This document shows, one piece after another, positions 18,919 through 28,578 of a DNA stretch of 64,000 nucleotides (position 1 is its first letter; each line of letters starts with the position of its first letter). The notes under the pieces are model-generated. The model was not told the DNA's origin. It ran no database searches and saw only the letters and a list, made by a program, of their open reading frames with translations. Source of the stretch: Candidatus Aenigmatarchaeota archaeon (GTDB lineage: Archaea; Aenigmatarchaeota; Aenigmatarchaeia; JACPZZ01); NCBI GenBank assembly GCA_016202815.1, contig JACQNZ010000008.1:33932-97931 (forward strand). Direction: 5' to 3'. Both the position numbers and the translations under genes were made by a program.

Positions 18919-20937
18919 TTGAAAAAAACACTTCTACTTGTTTCATTGCTGGCAGTTTTGTCCGGCTTGTCCGGGTTTGCAGCTGCCAGCAGGGTCGCCG
19001 TAACGCCAACCATAACGGACATGGGCGTGTGCGCAATGTCGTTCACGAACCAGCTTGTTAAGATCACGAACACCGGCCCGGTGACAGACACTTACAGATT
19101 AAGCTCCGATAATGGCATGCTGACATTCGCAGGCTGCACCGTCGGCACGATAGGCAACAACGAAGTGACGCTGGCCGCCGGTGAAACATCGTTTTGTTCT
19201 GTTTTCATAAACCCGCTCAACAACACAGAAACAAGGAAGTATTCCGCGACCATCAACGCCGATTCCGGGTCTTCCGCAGATGCGGCAAGCGCCAGGATCG
19301 GTGTCGACGTGCTGCAATGCAGCGCAGTTTCGATAACAACGCAGGAGAACGTCAGGACATGCGCGCGGGAGAAATTCTCGGCACCAATTGTAATAAAGAA
19401 CATTGGAAAATCCCCGGAAACGTTCAACGTTTCGGCAAGCTCTGCCGGAAAATTCGACAGGACAGAGATCGAACTTGCGCCCGGCCAGTCGGGCATAGTA
19501 AATTTTGAAAGCACGTTTGAAAAAGTCTCGAACAGCACAGTGAAATTCGTGGTCAAATCAAAAGATTCGTTCGCGTCCGGCGAAGCGTCGCTCGACGTCG
19601 CGGCGAGGGAATGCTTCGGGTTCGACGCTTCCTTGTCGCAGCCGTCCGGACCAATATGCTCCAGACAGCCGGCGGAATTCAAATTGAATATAAGGAACCT
19701 CGGGGAGAAGCCCGACGTGTTCGAGATAGTGACAGCGTCCGGCCTTGATATGGTTTCAATGAACGCTTCTTCGAACGCCACATTTAAAATTGCGTACCAG
19801 CCGGAAAAGGACGGCCGGTTCCGTCTTAACGTTTCCGTGAAATCCGTGGCAACAGATGTTGTTAAAAATCTGCAGTCTGAGCCATCGGCAGTCGAATGCG
19901 CATCAGTGTCCATTACACCCCAAACCCGGACTGCGTCAGTGTGCACAGGAGAACAGGCCGGATATGCGATAGACATAAAGAACACCGGTTCGTTCAGGGA
20001 AGCGTACAGTTTCAACGCCAGCAAAGGGACGTTAAGCGCGGGTATGATGACAATCGGGCCGGGAGACGTGAAAACAGTCTACCTGACCGCTAATTCAACA
20101 GAGTTTCCGCAGAACAGGACAAGTGAAATAATTTTCACAGCTTCGGCGGGTTCGATGAAGAACAGCACGAAACTTTCGGCCGATGTGGGTGTTTGCCACA
20201 ACGCTGTAATGGGCATCAAGCCCCCGTCGCTGAATGTGTGTACGCCGGACAAGGCGATGTTCAAGGTTGAGATAAATAACACAGGGAAAAGGCCTGAAGC
20301 ATTCGCGGTTTTTGCGGCAGGCAAAAAAATAGCCGACAACGTTTTGGTCATGGAAAACTCCACAAAGAGCGTAGATTTCGCTGTAGATTACAGCAACGAA
20401 ACCGGAATTTACAGGGTGGATGCGGACGCCGTGTCGCAGGATCTGACATTGAGATCCGCGGCAGCCCTGGTGGTCAGGGATTACAACGCATGCTACGGCG
20501 CGTCGTTGACATCGAAAAATGCGTCTAAAGCGGTTAAGCCGTCTGACAGGGCGCTTCAGGAGCTGCAGTTGAGAAACACGGGCATAAAGACGCTGAATTA
20601 CATACTCCAGCTGGTTGGCCCGCAGTGGATGGCCGTGGGCGTAAGCAACATCACACTGGAACCCAATGAAACAGGCAAAGTGTACCTTTACATAGCCCCG
20701 CCTTTCGGCACAACGTTGGGCAATTACGAGACGAAAGTGATCGCGATTTCCGACAAGGGCGTTTCATCGGGCGCGGACTTTACGGCAAGCGTTGTGGAAA
20801 CAACAGCCCCCAGGATTGCCAATGCCACGACAACAACGATGCCGGCCGTGGATAACAGGCGAAACACGGTAATCGTAGGCATAATCTTGGCAATGGCAGC
20901 CATACTAATTCTAAGGCACATATTTACAAGCAAATAA
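18919..20937 (+). CDS. Cell-surface protein with ~6 tandem CARDB/DUF11-like repeats and a C-terminal TM anchor
   Basis: TTG start followed by signal peptide MKKTLLLVSLLAVLSG. Repeated ~100-aa units of the form C..S..(9-10)..C..(8-12)..NTG. C-terminal TM IVGIILAMAAILIL. Confidence 0.5.
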   Translation: MKKTLLLVSLLAVLSGLSGFAAASRVAVTPTITDMGVCAMSFTNQLVKITNTGPVTDTYRLSSDNGMLTFAGCTVGTIGNNEVTLAAGETSFCSVFINPLNNTETRKYSATINADSGSSADAASARIGVDVLQCSAVSITTQENVRTCAREKFSAPIVIKNIGKSPETFNVSASSAGKFDRTEIELAPGQSGIVNFESTFEKVSNSTVKFVVKSKDSFASGEASLDVAARECFGFDASLSQPSGPICSRQPAEFKLNIRNLGEKPDVFEIVTASGLDMVSMNASSNATFKIAYQPEKDGRFRLNVSVKSVATDVVKNLQSEPSAVECASVSITPQTRTASVCTGEQAGYAIDIKNTGSFREAYSFNASKGTLSAGMMTIGPGDVKTVYLTANSTEFPQNRTSEIIFTASAGSMKNSTKLSADVGVCHNAVMGIKPPSLNVCTPDKAMFKVEINNTGKRPEAFAVFAAGKKIADNVLVMENSTKSVDFAVDYSNETGIYRVDADAVSQDLTLRSAAALVVRDYNACYGASLTSKNASKAVKPSDRALQELQLRNTGIKTLNYILQLVGPQWMAVGVSNITLEPNETGKVYLYIAPPFGTTLGNYETKVIAISDKGVSSGADFTASVVETTAPRIANATTTTMPAVDNRRNTVIVGIILAMAAILILRHIFTSK

Positions 20938-20955
20938 GGTCAAATATAATAACTA

Positions 20956-20988
20956 GAAGCATACCGATACATTCATACGGTGTGCTTC
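20956..20988 (+). repeat. Hairpin-family copy GAAGCATACCG-[ATACATTCATA]-CGGTGTGCTTC followed by a T-tract; terminator-like
   Basis: Read directly. Lies 19 nt after the stop of the 18919..20937 gene, is preceded by AACTAG, and is followed by ACTTTTAAT. Confidence 0.5.
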
Positions 20989-21023
20989 ACTTTTAATAAA
21001 TACTAACCGGAATATTATCAGGA

Positions 21024-21788
21024 GTGCTCGAAATGCAGAAATTAAACAGCGCCAAAGGGCTGGATTATTCAGGCGCGGAAGCGCGGATAAACCATCTGGG
21101 CATAATAATGGACGGCAACAGGCGTTTTGCACAAAAGCTGATGCTGCAGCCCTGGCAAGGCCATGAATGGGGCGAGAAAAAAGTCGAAGAGGTCCTGGGT
21201 TGGTGCAGGGAGTTCGGCATAAAGACAGTAACTTTATACACGCTTTCTCTGGAAAACATCGCAGGCCGGCCCAAGGCGGAACTGAATTACCTTTACAAGC
21301 TGATGAAAGGCGTGGCCAACCGGGTCCTAAAAGACAAGGACAACCCTGTTCACGTAAACAAGGTGCGGGTCCGCATTATCGGCAGGACGCAGGCCATGCC
21401 GCCGGAATTACGGAAAATTTTGGCCGAACTGGAAGACGCTACAAAAAAATACAGGGATTATGAGGCAAACTTCGCAATAGCTTACAGCAGCCGTGCGGAA
21501 ATTATCGATGCTGTAAAAAAGATTGCTGGCAGCGTAAAAAAAGAAATTTTAAAACTCTCGGACATAGACGAATCTTTAATCAAAAAAAATCTTTACAACC
21601 CGAAAATGAGCGACCCTGATTTGATAATCAGGACAGGCGGCGAAAAAAGGCTGAGTAATTTCCTGATGTTCCAATCCGCTTATTCCGAGCTGTTTTTCAC
21701 AGACACGCCGTGGCCGGAATTTTCAAAAAAAGATTTTGTCGCGGCCATAAACGATTTTAAGCAGAGGAAACGCAGGTTCGGCGCATAA
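21024..21788 (+). CDS. uppS: Undecaprenyl/dehydrodolichyl diphosphate synthase (cis-prenyltransferase)
   Basis: HLGIIMDGNRRFA and RTGGEKRLSNFLMFQSAYSELFF. Confidence 0.85.
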   Translation: MLEMQKLNSAKGLDYSGAEARINHLGIIMDGNRRFAQKLMLQPWQGHEWGEKKVEEVLGWCREFGIKTVTLYTLSLENIAGRPKAELNYLYKLMKGVANRVLKDKDNPVHVNKVRVRIIGRTQAMPPELRKILAELEDATKKYRDYEANFAIAYSSRAEIIDAVKKIAGSVKKEILKLSDIDESLIKKNLYNPKMSDPDLIIRTGGEKRLSNFLMFQSAYSELFFTDTPWPEFSKKDFVAAINDFKQRKRRFGA

Positions 21789-21812
21789 AAGCCTTGTTGC
21801 CTTATTATTCGA

Positions 21813-22526
21813 ATGGAAAAAGTCCTGGTTGTAAAAAACATAGCACGTGAAGGCCCCGGACTTCTTGGAAAAATTCTCAGTGAACGCGGAATCGGGTACG
21901 ATGTTGTCGACGCGGACGCGGGCGAGCCGTTTCCGAGCCCGGTTGACTATGCGGCTGTATGCGTTTTAGGCGGGCCAGACAGCACCAACGACGACACGAT
22001 TAAAATGAAACGGGAGCTTGCGCGGATTAAACAGACAGTTGAAGTGGGCATCCCTTATCTTGGTGTGTGCTTAGGCATGCAGGCGCTTGTAAAAGCGATG
22101 GGCGGAGAAGTCTACAGAAATCCGGTGCGCGAAGTCGGCTGGCGCGACCCTGATGGGGGATACTTCATAATCGAGCCTGCCGAAGCCGGAAAGGCCGACC
22201 CGTTTTTTTCAGGTATAGCGCCTCCGTACAATATTTTCCACCTGCACGGGGAAACCGTGACGTTGCCTGACAAAATGGAATTATTGGCAGCAGGAAAATG
22301 GTGTGAAAATCAGGTTGTTCGTGTGAAAGGAAAGCCTGCTTATGGCGTACAGGGACATCTTGAATTGACACACGAAATGTTTGAAGAATGGCTGGCACAG
22401 GATCCGGATTTGGCGCTTTTGGATCGGTCAAGCCTGCGCGCCGATTACCTGAGTCTGCGGCAGGCTTACGAAAAGCGCGGCATACAGGCGCTTACAAACT
22501 TCTTAAGGATAGCGCGGCTGATATAA
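21813..22526 (+). CDS. Class I glutamine amidotransferase-like protein
   Basis: GVCLGMQAL catalytic-Cys context and GATase1 layout. Confidence 0.55.
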   Translation: MEKVLVVKNIAREGPGLLGKILSERGIGYDVVDADAGEPFPSPVDYAAVCVLGGPDSTNDDTIKMKRELARIKQTVEVGIPYLGVCLGMQALVKAMGGEVYRNPVREVGWRDPDGGYFIIEPAEAGKADPFFSGIAPPYNIFHLHGETVTLPDKMELLAAGKWCENQVVRVKGKPAYGVQGHLELTHEMFEEWLAQDPDLALLDRSSLRADYLSLRQAYEKRGIQALTNFLRIARLI

Positions 22527-22565
22527 AAAACACGCTTAAATTGTTATCTATGTTTTAATATATTT

Positions 22566-23297
22566 ATGAGTCTTCAAAAAACATTGCCGATGGAAAAACT
22601 TATTGTCCCGGCTGTTAGTCAAACCTACCCAACACTAGGAAAATCTTACAAGCACGCCGGTCATGAAATAGAATATTCGCCCAGACTTGTAAGAACAGGA
22701 AAGGATTATCACGCTTCTAAGGCCGGAATTACAGGAGGCGAAAGAATGTCAACAGCAGCCGAAGAGCTGGCAATCCAGCTTGGCTTGGAAAGAGCTGGCC
22801 AAGACCCGAGAACGGCAGGCGTTTTCGACGACCTCTTCGCAAGAAACGAGCCTCGGATTTACATGTGGCAGTGGACAGAGACAGGCTTGCGAGTCCCGAA
22901 AGGCCGCGACCCTCGCAAATATGAAACAAACGGCCAAGGTGAAAAATATTGGGTTAGGGAACTTTTAATTGGAAGTGATACGGTTGGAGAAATATTAGTG
23001 CCGGAAGGACATGGCCGTGTCGTTGTTGAATGGGACGAAGTTTCCGGATTGCCGCGCGCAACGGAAGATATAGCTTTCCCGCACAAGCCTTACACAACGC
23101 ATTTCTGGTTTAACGTGAATCCCGGTAAAGATAGAGTTTCAGGCTACCAGGACGTTGCTGTCGGTCGTGGGGGCGGTTGGCTCCGCGATGAGGACGCGAG
23201 GTGCTTGGTCGTCGATGCGAGCTTTGCGCGTTCGGATGCGCTCTCGGATGGCGGTTTCCGCCCGGTTCGGGGTTCGTTGGTGGACATAAGAAACTAA
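22566..23297 (+). CDS. Hypothetical protein
   Basis: ORF only; no recognisable motif. Confidence 0.3.
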   Translation: MSLQKTLPMEKLIVPAVSQTYPTLGKSYKHAGHEIEYSPRLVRTGKDYHASKAGITGGERMSTAAEELAIQLGLERAGQDPRTAGVFDDLFARNEPRIYMWQWTETGLRVPKGRDPRKYETNGQGEKYWVRELLIGSDTVGEILVPEGHGRVVVEWDEVSGLPRATEDIAFPHKPYTTHFWFNVNPGKDRVSGYQDVAVGRGGGWLRDEDARCLVVDASFARSDALSDGGFRPVRGSLVDIRN

Positions 23298-23414
23298 AAG
23301 TTTCCTATGCGCGGCTTGCATAGCAAGCCGTTGAATTGAAAAAGAACTCTTAGCATAGGGAAGGATCGCGCATAAAATCTAATATTCTTAAGCTCTGGCG
23401 CGTCATATAAGATA

Positions 23415-24173
23415 ATGGAAAAAATAACGCCTTCGGACAAAGTGCTGCTCCTCGGAGAAAGCACTTTTTTGGTAGACGTGGGCAAAGGCTTGTTCCACAC
23501 GAATCATGGGACTATAAACCTTTCAAAGCTGGTGGGAAAGAAGTTTGGCGCAAGAATCAAATCCTCGAAAGGCGTGGCGTTCCATGCCCTGCGCCCGAAC
23601 ATAAACGATTTTTTGCAAAAGCGGTTAGCGAGATTGCCGCAGATAGTCTCGCTTAAAGATTGTTCGCTGATAGCGGGATTGACAGGCCTTTCATCCGGTT
23701 ATCGCGTCATTGAGGCTGGCACAGGGTCGGCATTTTTGACGACTTTCATGGCAAACCTGGTAAAACCGGACGGGAAAGTTTTCACATACGAATTGCGCAG
23801 CGATTTTTTCAGGTCGGCGAAAATAAACGTAGAGGATTCGGGGTTGTCCCGGTGGGTGGAGATGAAAAACAGGGACGTGTCAAAGGGCTTTCGCGAGAAA
23901 GACGCTGATCTTATTGTGTTAGACATGATTGGCGCAGAGAAAATCGTCCCAAAAGCCGGCAAGTCGCTGAAGAGCGGTGGTTTTTTGGCCGTGTACAGCC
24001 CGTACATAGAGCAGGTAAAAGCGGTTTGCGATGCGATTGAAATGGAAAGCTTCATGGACGTGCGCACGGTTGAATGCCTGGTGCGTGATTACAAGATCAC
24101 CCGCGATTTTTCAAGGCCGAACACGACCATGTTGGCGCATACCGGCTACATAACGTTCGCAAGGAAAGTGTGA
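23415..24173 (+). CDS. trmI: tRNA (adenine57/58-N1)-methyltransferase TrmI/Gcd14 family
   Basis: VIEAGTGSAFLTTFMANLV SAM motif and ~250-aa size. Confidence 0.6.
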   Translation: MEKITPSDKVLLLGESTFLVDVGKGLFHTNHGTINLSKLVGKKFGARIKSSKGVAFHALRPNINDFLQKRLARLPQIVSLKDCSLIAGLTGLSSGYRVIEAGTGSAFLTTFMANLVKPDGKVFTYELRSDFFRSAKINVEDSGLSRWVEMKNRDVSKGFREKDADLIVLDMIGAEKIVPKAGKSLKSGGFLAVYSPYIEQVKAVCDAIEMESFMDVRTVECLVRDYKITRDFSRPNTTMLAHTGYITFARKV

Positions 24174-24213
24174 ACAAGCTAAAATTAATACTACGCAGAG
24201 GTATAGAATAATC

Positions 24214-24624
24214 ATGATAGAACGCATAACAGCCTACGGCCATAACTGCGTAACCTCAAAGCACGATACGACATTGGAATTGACAAAGGATAAGAACATG
24301 ACGTGGGAAGGTCATTGCATTGTTGGCGTTCGTTCGGATAAATCCTGCCACGACCTGTCGGACGGGCTGAAGAAAGCCATACAGGACGGAAAACGTTTAA
24401 CGATAAAGCTCAAATCCGGAACAGGGTCGGATACAATAATCGCATACGGCCACCCGCACCTTACGCTGAAAGACAGGAAGGATATCGTTATCCGGAAATC
24501 AGGCTTCATAGACGACCGCACCATTGCGGTCCACGCCACCAAGTCCTCGAACAGCTTGGACCGCGAGTTGGTGAGAAATCTAAAAAATCCGAGGCAGAAA
24601 TTGGAAATAGTCATAGAGTACTGA
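24214..24624 (+). CDS. Conserved hypothetical protein
   Basis: ORF only. Confidence 0.3.
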   Translation: MIERITAYGHNCVTSKHDTTLELTKDKNMTWEGHCIVGVRSDKSCHDLSDGLKKAIQDGKRLTIKLKSGTGSDTIIAYGHPHLTLKDRKDIVIRKSGFIDDRTIAVHATKSSNSLDRELVRNLKNPRQKLEIVIEY

Positions 24625-24625
24625 G

Positions 24626-25108
24626 ATGATCGGCTTGTTGTGTGACAACTGCGAGAGCGAGCTGCGCAAGAACTGGAAGTTCTGCCCTGTGTGCGGGTCT
24701 GAAGTGATCCGCGGGGACATCTTCATCAGCCTGGGAAATATTCTGAAAAGCATAACGCGCGAGATGGAACCGTTCCAGGAAACCGAAGAACTTTCCGGCT
24801 ATAGCGCGGAACAACCGCGGGAAAAGGAAGAGCGCGAAAAGCCGCCCCGCGCGCGGTACAGGATCAGCGCGGACGTAAAGGACCCGAAGATGACTGTCAG
24901 GAATCTCGGCAACAGGATGATCTTCAGAATAAAGATGCCGGGCGTGGAGCCGGCGCAGGTCAGTTTGACAGAACTTGACGAATCTTTAGAGGTCAAGGCA
25001 GGATCAAAACACGTGTCATACTTCAAGATAATCGCTGCGCCCCGCGGATTCACGCTGTCAGAGCAATACTTCGAAAACGGCACGCTTGTCCTTGAATTCG
25101 CAGCTTAG
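24626..25108 (+). CDS. Zinc-ribbon protein with C-terminal Hsp20/alpha-crystallin-like domain
   Basis: N-terminal CDNCE...CPVCG; C-terminal ...MPGVEPAQVSL...YFENGTLVLEFA resembles an ACD domain. Confidence 0.4.
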   Translation: MIGLLCDNCESELRKNWKFCPVCGSEVIRGDIFISLGNILKSITREMEPFQETEELSGYSAEQPREKEEREKPPRARYRISADVKDPKMTVRNLGNRMIFRIKMPGVEPAQVSLTELDESLEVKAGSKHVSYFKIIAAPRGFTLSEQYFENGTLVLEFAA

Positions 25109-25137
25109 TTTTAATTACAGTCGGATAAATTATTCTT

Positions 25138-25455
25138 ATGAGGCGCACAAAACCTGCGTGGCAGAAAGAGCTGGCTTTGGAGCGTGTTAAGAAGCTTTTT
25201 GAATTGGCCGCCGAAGCTCACAGGGAAAAAACGGGCATGGAAGGCCGTTATGTTGAGCTTGCCCGCGACATCGCCATGCACTACAGGGTCAGCGTGCCCA
25301 AAGGCCTGCGCGCAAAATTTTGCAGGAAATGCGGCTCGTATTTGTCCGCAGGCTCCACGTCAGCGGTGCGCACAAGCGCAGCCAAAAAAGCGGTCATAAT
25401 CACGTGTAAAAAATGCGGGAACATCATGCGCTTCCCGTACGGAAAGAGGAATTGA
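25138..25455 (+). CDS. rnp4: RNase P protein subunit Rpp21 (Rnp4)
   Basis: ~105 aa, basic, with zinc ribbon CRKCG...CKKCG. Confidence 0.7.
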   Translation: MRRTKPAWQKELALERVKKLFELAAEAHREKTGMEGRYVELARDIAMHYRVSVPKGLRAKFCRKCGSYLSAGSTSAVRTSAAKKAVIITCKKCGNIMRFPYGKRN

Positions 25456-25486
25456 CAGCCTTTTAACTTTAGTCCTATTATCTGCA

Positions 25487-25900
25487 ATGATGACAGAAAA
25501 ACCAGCTTTTTTGTATCTCGGCAAAGTTGAACCACCTACAGTGATGACAGGAGAAACAAATTTTTTGGATCTCAACGAAGTTGAACTTTATGGCTGGGAA
25601 ACTTTCAAAAATGCCATGTTGATAGATTCGATGGTTAGAGGCATTGAGGCAGGCGACGATTTTCCTCCTGTTCATGTGAACAGGTTCAGCGATACAGAAT
25701 ACCGGTTAACCGTAAGTCGGGACGGCGGCCACAAAAGGGCGGTCGCGCATTACATAACAGGCAGGCCTTTGAAAGTGAAAATCGAAGAGACGCCTCCGGG
25801 CTTGGGAATTGGCCATCCTTATCCGATAAAAGATATACTTTTAGTCGACGATCAGGGCGAATATGAAGCTACTAAGATGATAGATCCAAACTATCGCTAA
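25487..25900 (+). CDS. ParB/Srx-like nuclease-fold domain protein
   Basis: DGGHKRAVAH matches the DGxHR..A motif. Confidence 0.35.
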   Translation: MMTEKPAFLYLGKVEPPTVMTGETNFLDLNEVELYGWETFKNAMLIDSMVRGIEAGDDFPPVHVNRFSDTEYRLTVSRDGGHKRAVAHYITGRPLKVKIEETPPGLGIGHPYPIKDILLVDDQGEYEATKMIDPNYR

Positions 25901-25938
25901 ACAAACCATATATATTATTAACCACACTAATATGGAGA

Positions 25939-26361
25939 GTGAATTTCATGGACGCGCGGACTAAAGACCCTCAAAAGCTGGTAAGCGTTGCAGCAGAAAA
26001 ACTGTCAACAATGAAGGAGTTGACGCCTCCCGCGTGGAGCAAGTTCGCTAAAACAGGGACATCAAAGCAACGCAGCCCGGACGCTCCGAACTGGTGGTCT
26101 GTGCGCGCTGCGTCGATACTTAGGCGCATATACGTTGATGGCCCGGTCGGAACATCGCGTTTAAGGACAGTCTACGGCTCACGGAAACACCGCGGCACAA
26201 AAAGGGAGCATTTTTACAGGGCGTCCGGGGCTGTCATCAGGAAAATATTGCAGCAGCTTGAATCAGCGGGAATGGTCAGGAAAATCGACAAACCAAAAAA
26301 GGGGCGCGTCATAACCCCGAAAGGCCAGAAGTTTCTTGACAACCTTGCAAAAACAGTTTAA
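25939..26361 (+). CDS. rps19e: Ribosomal protein S19e
   Basis: Characteristic S19e sequence (PNWWSVRAASILRRIY...); part of the conserved S19e/L39e/L31e/aIF6 cluster. Confidence 0.85.
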   Translation: MNFMDARTKDPQKLVSVAAEKLSTMKELTPPAWSKFAKTGTSKQRSPDAPNWWSVRAASILRRIYVDGPVGTSRLRTVYGSRKHRGTKREHFYRASGAVIRKILQQLESAGMVRKIDKPKKGRVITPKGQKFLDNLAKTV

Positions 26362-26405
26362 TGTGGTTATAAATCCCCCCGGCTGAATCGTTAATAGGTA
26401 ACAAT

Positions 26406-26645
26406 ATGTCAGACGATGAGGCTGCGCTTAAGAAAAACATCCTTTCGAGGATGCTTTCGAAGGAAGCTTACGAAAGGCTGTCGCGCGTCCGCGCTGTTAA
26501 GCCGGAGTTCGCGGCGCAACTGGAAACATACATGGTGTCGCTGTTCCAGTCCGGCCAGATAAAGACCGAAATAAGCGACGAACAGCTGAAGCAGATATTA
26601 GACAAGATAACGCAGAAAAAACAATTTAACATAAGAAGGGCATGA
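26406..26645 (+). CDS. PDCD5/TFAR19-like dsDNA-binding protein
   Basis: KNILSRMLSKEAYERLSRV pattern and cluster context. Confidence 0.7.
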   Translation: MSDDEAALKKNILSRMLSKEAYERLSRVRAVKPEFAAQLETYMVSLFQSGQIKTEISDEQLKQILDKITQKKQFNIRRA

Positions 26646-26646
26646 C

Positions 26647-26817
26647 ATGAGCAACGTAAACCGGGTAAGCAAAAAGAGGCGGTTAGCTAGGATTGGCAGG
26701 ATATCCGACGCCCCGCGATGGGCTGATATCAGGAAGTTCGGGTTGAAGCGTGCGCGTTCCAGAAGGATCCGGGTCGACAAGATCAAGAAATGGCGAAGAA
26801 GCAGGTTGAAGCTATGA
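26647..26817 (+). CDS. rpl39e: Ribosomal protein L39e
   Basis: Hand-translated 56 aa MSNVNRVSKKRRLARIGRISDAPRWADIRKFGLKRARSRRIRVDKIKKWRRSRLKL. Absent from the ORF track because it is under 60 aa. Confidence 0.7.
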   Translation: MSNVNRVSKKRRLARIGRISDAPRWADIRKFGLKRARSRRIRVDKIKKWRRSRLKL

Positions 26818-27146
26818 CAGAGGAAAAAATTTACGACATACCGCTCAGGAAGTATTACACGGAGTCCGGGCGCAGGAAAAAAGCGCCGCATGCTGCCAAG
26901 GGCGTACGGGATTTCATAGCTAGAAAAACGCGGTCGTCAAACGTATTGTTGAGCACAGGCGTAAACGAGCTTATCTGGTCCCGCGGCGTCTCGCACCCGC
27001 CTGCAAAAATACGCGTCAGGGTGAAAAAAGACGGCGACAAGGTCGTAGCAGACCTGATATCCGCGGAGCCGCCGGTCAAGGAAAAGGAGCAGCAGGCCAA
27101 AGTCTCTGAATCGCCTAAGCAGGAAGCGAAGAAGGGCGAGGCCTAG
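26790..27146 (+). CDS. rpl31e: Ribosomal protein L31e
   Basis: IYDIPLRK...VNELIWSRGVSHPPAKIRVRVKK. Confidence 0.8.
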   Translation: MAKKQVEAMTEEKIYDIPLRKYYTESGRRKKAPHAAKGVRDFIARKTRSSNVLLSTGVNELIWSRGVSHPPAKIRVRVKKDGDKVVADLISAEPPVKEKEQQAKVSESPKQEAKKGEA

Positions 27147-27147
27147 G

Positions 27148-27825
27148 ATGCAAGACGGTCATTTTCTGCGAATTAGGATTTTGGGCGACTCCAACGTCGG
27201 CCTTTTTTGCGCCGCGACCGAAACTTTTTGTTTAGCGCCGCGAACCGTTACGGACAAACAGGCCTTGAGCATGGAAAAAACGCTCGGCGTTCCTGTATAC
27301 AAAGCATCGATAGCGGGCGCGAATTTCATTGGAGCTTTCGCAGCTGCAAACAAAAACGGCGTCGTGGTTTCCTCTGCGATAGAGGACGGCGAAAAAAAAC
27401 TTCTGGAAAAAGACCTTGGCGTTAATGTGTGCGTCCTAGATTCGAGATTCAACGCTTTCGGCAACCTTGTTGCATCCAATGACAGCGGCGCGATAATCTC
27501 CCCCCTGTTCACGGAAAGCCAGAAAAAGTCGATATCCGAGTGTCTGGGCGTAGAAGCTTGTAAGACGACGATCGCAAAAACCCCTCTACCCGGTTCTGGC
27601 TGCTTGGCAAGCAACAAGGGCGCGTTGCTGCACCGCGATGTGACAGACGGGGAAAGGGGTGTGATAGAAAGCGTGCTGAAGGTAAAATCGCTGGCAGGGA
27701 CCCTGAATTTCGGGTCGCCGTGGGTCGGTGCTGTGGGAGTTTGCAACAGAAACGGTTTTGTAACAGGCCACCAGACAACGGTGCATGAAATCGTGCGCGC
27801 AGACGAGGCGCTGGGATTTGTTTGA
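27148..27825 (+). CDS. eif6: Translation initiation factor 6 (aIF6)
   Basis: Pentameric-repeat pattern (GDSNVGLF..., GANFIGAFAAANKNGVVV...) and cluster context. Confidence 0.8.
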   Translation: MQDGHFLRIRILGDSNVGLFCAATETFCLAPRTVTDKQALSMEKTLGVPVYKASIAGANFIGAFAAANKNGVVVSSAIEDGEKKLLEKDLGVNVCVLDSRFNAFGNLVASNDSGAIISPLFTESQKKSISECLGVEACKTTIAKTPLPGSGCLASNKGALLHRDVTDGERGVIESVLKVKSLAGTLNFGSPWVGAVGVCNRNGFVTGHQTTVHEIVRADEALGFV

Positions 27826-27834
27826 GGTAATCGC

Positions 27835-28557
27835 ATGCCGAATACGCTAAGTATCGTGATCCCGACTTACAATGAACGCGAAAATATTTTGAAGCTGATT
27901 AAAAGTTTGGGCGAAGAGCTCGCCAAAAATTCCATAAAATATGAACTGGTAATCGTGGATGATAACTCGCCGGACGGGACCGCGGAGTTATGCGAAAAAA
28001 TTTCGAAGAAGCGGAAGAACATAATCGTTATAAAAAGGCCCGGAAAGCTCGGGTTGTCGTCCGCTGTCATCGACGGTTTCAAGAAGGCACGGGGCGGCGT
28101 AATCGGTGTCATGGACGCGGACTTCAGCCATCCGGTAAGCGCCATCCCGCGGATGTTCAATGAAATAGAGAAAGGCGCAGACCTTGTTATCGGCAGCCGT
28201 TATGCGGGGGGAGGCAGTACAAAAGGCTGGCCGGTTAAGAGAAAGATAACCTCGTGGGGCGCTACCATGATAGCGAAGATGTTCACAAAAATACGCGATC
28301 CCGTCTCCGGTTTATTGATGTTCCGCCGCGGCGCGATAGATAATGTCCGTTTAAGCCCGATAGGCTACAAAATCGGATTGGAAATCATAGTCAAAGGAAA
28401 TTATAACAGAGTCGCCGAAATTCCGTACGTCTTCGTAAACAGGAAGATTGGGAAGACGAAGCTCGACGCAAGGGAGTACGTTAACTATCTTAAGCAGATA
28501 GCCAGCCTGGTGGCTTACAGGATGTCCAGGAAGGTTAAAATACGCTCCGGTGCCTAA
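27835..28557 (+). CDS. GT2 glycosyltransferase, dolichyl-phosphate mannose/glucose synthase-like
   Basis: LSIVIPTYNEREN...VIVDDNSPDGT. Confidence 0.75.
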   Translation: MPNTLSIVIPTYNERENILKLIKSLGEELAKNSIKYELVIVDDNSPDGTAELCEKISKKRKNIIVIKRPGKLGLSSAVIDGFKKARGGVIGVMDADFSHPVSAIPRMFNEIEKGADLVIGSRYAGGGSTKGWPVKRKITSWGATMIAKMFTKIRDPVSGLLMFRRGAIDNVRLSPIGYKIGLEIIVKGNYNRVAEIPYVFVNRKIGKTKLDAREYVNYLKQIASLVAYRMSRKVKIRSGA

Positions 28558-28578
28558 TAGTACTGTAGGCGATAATTT

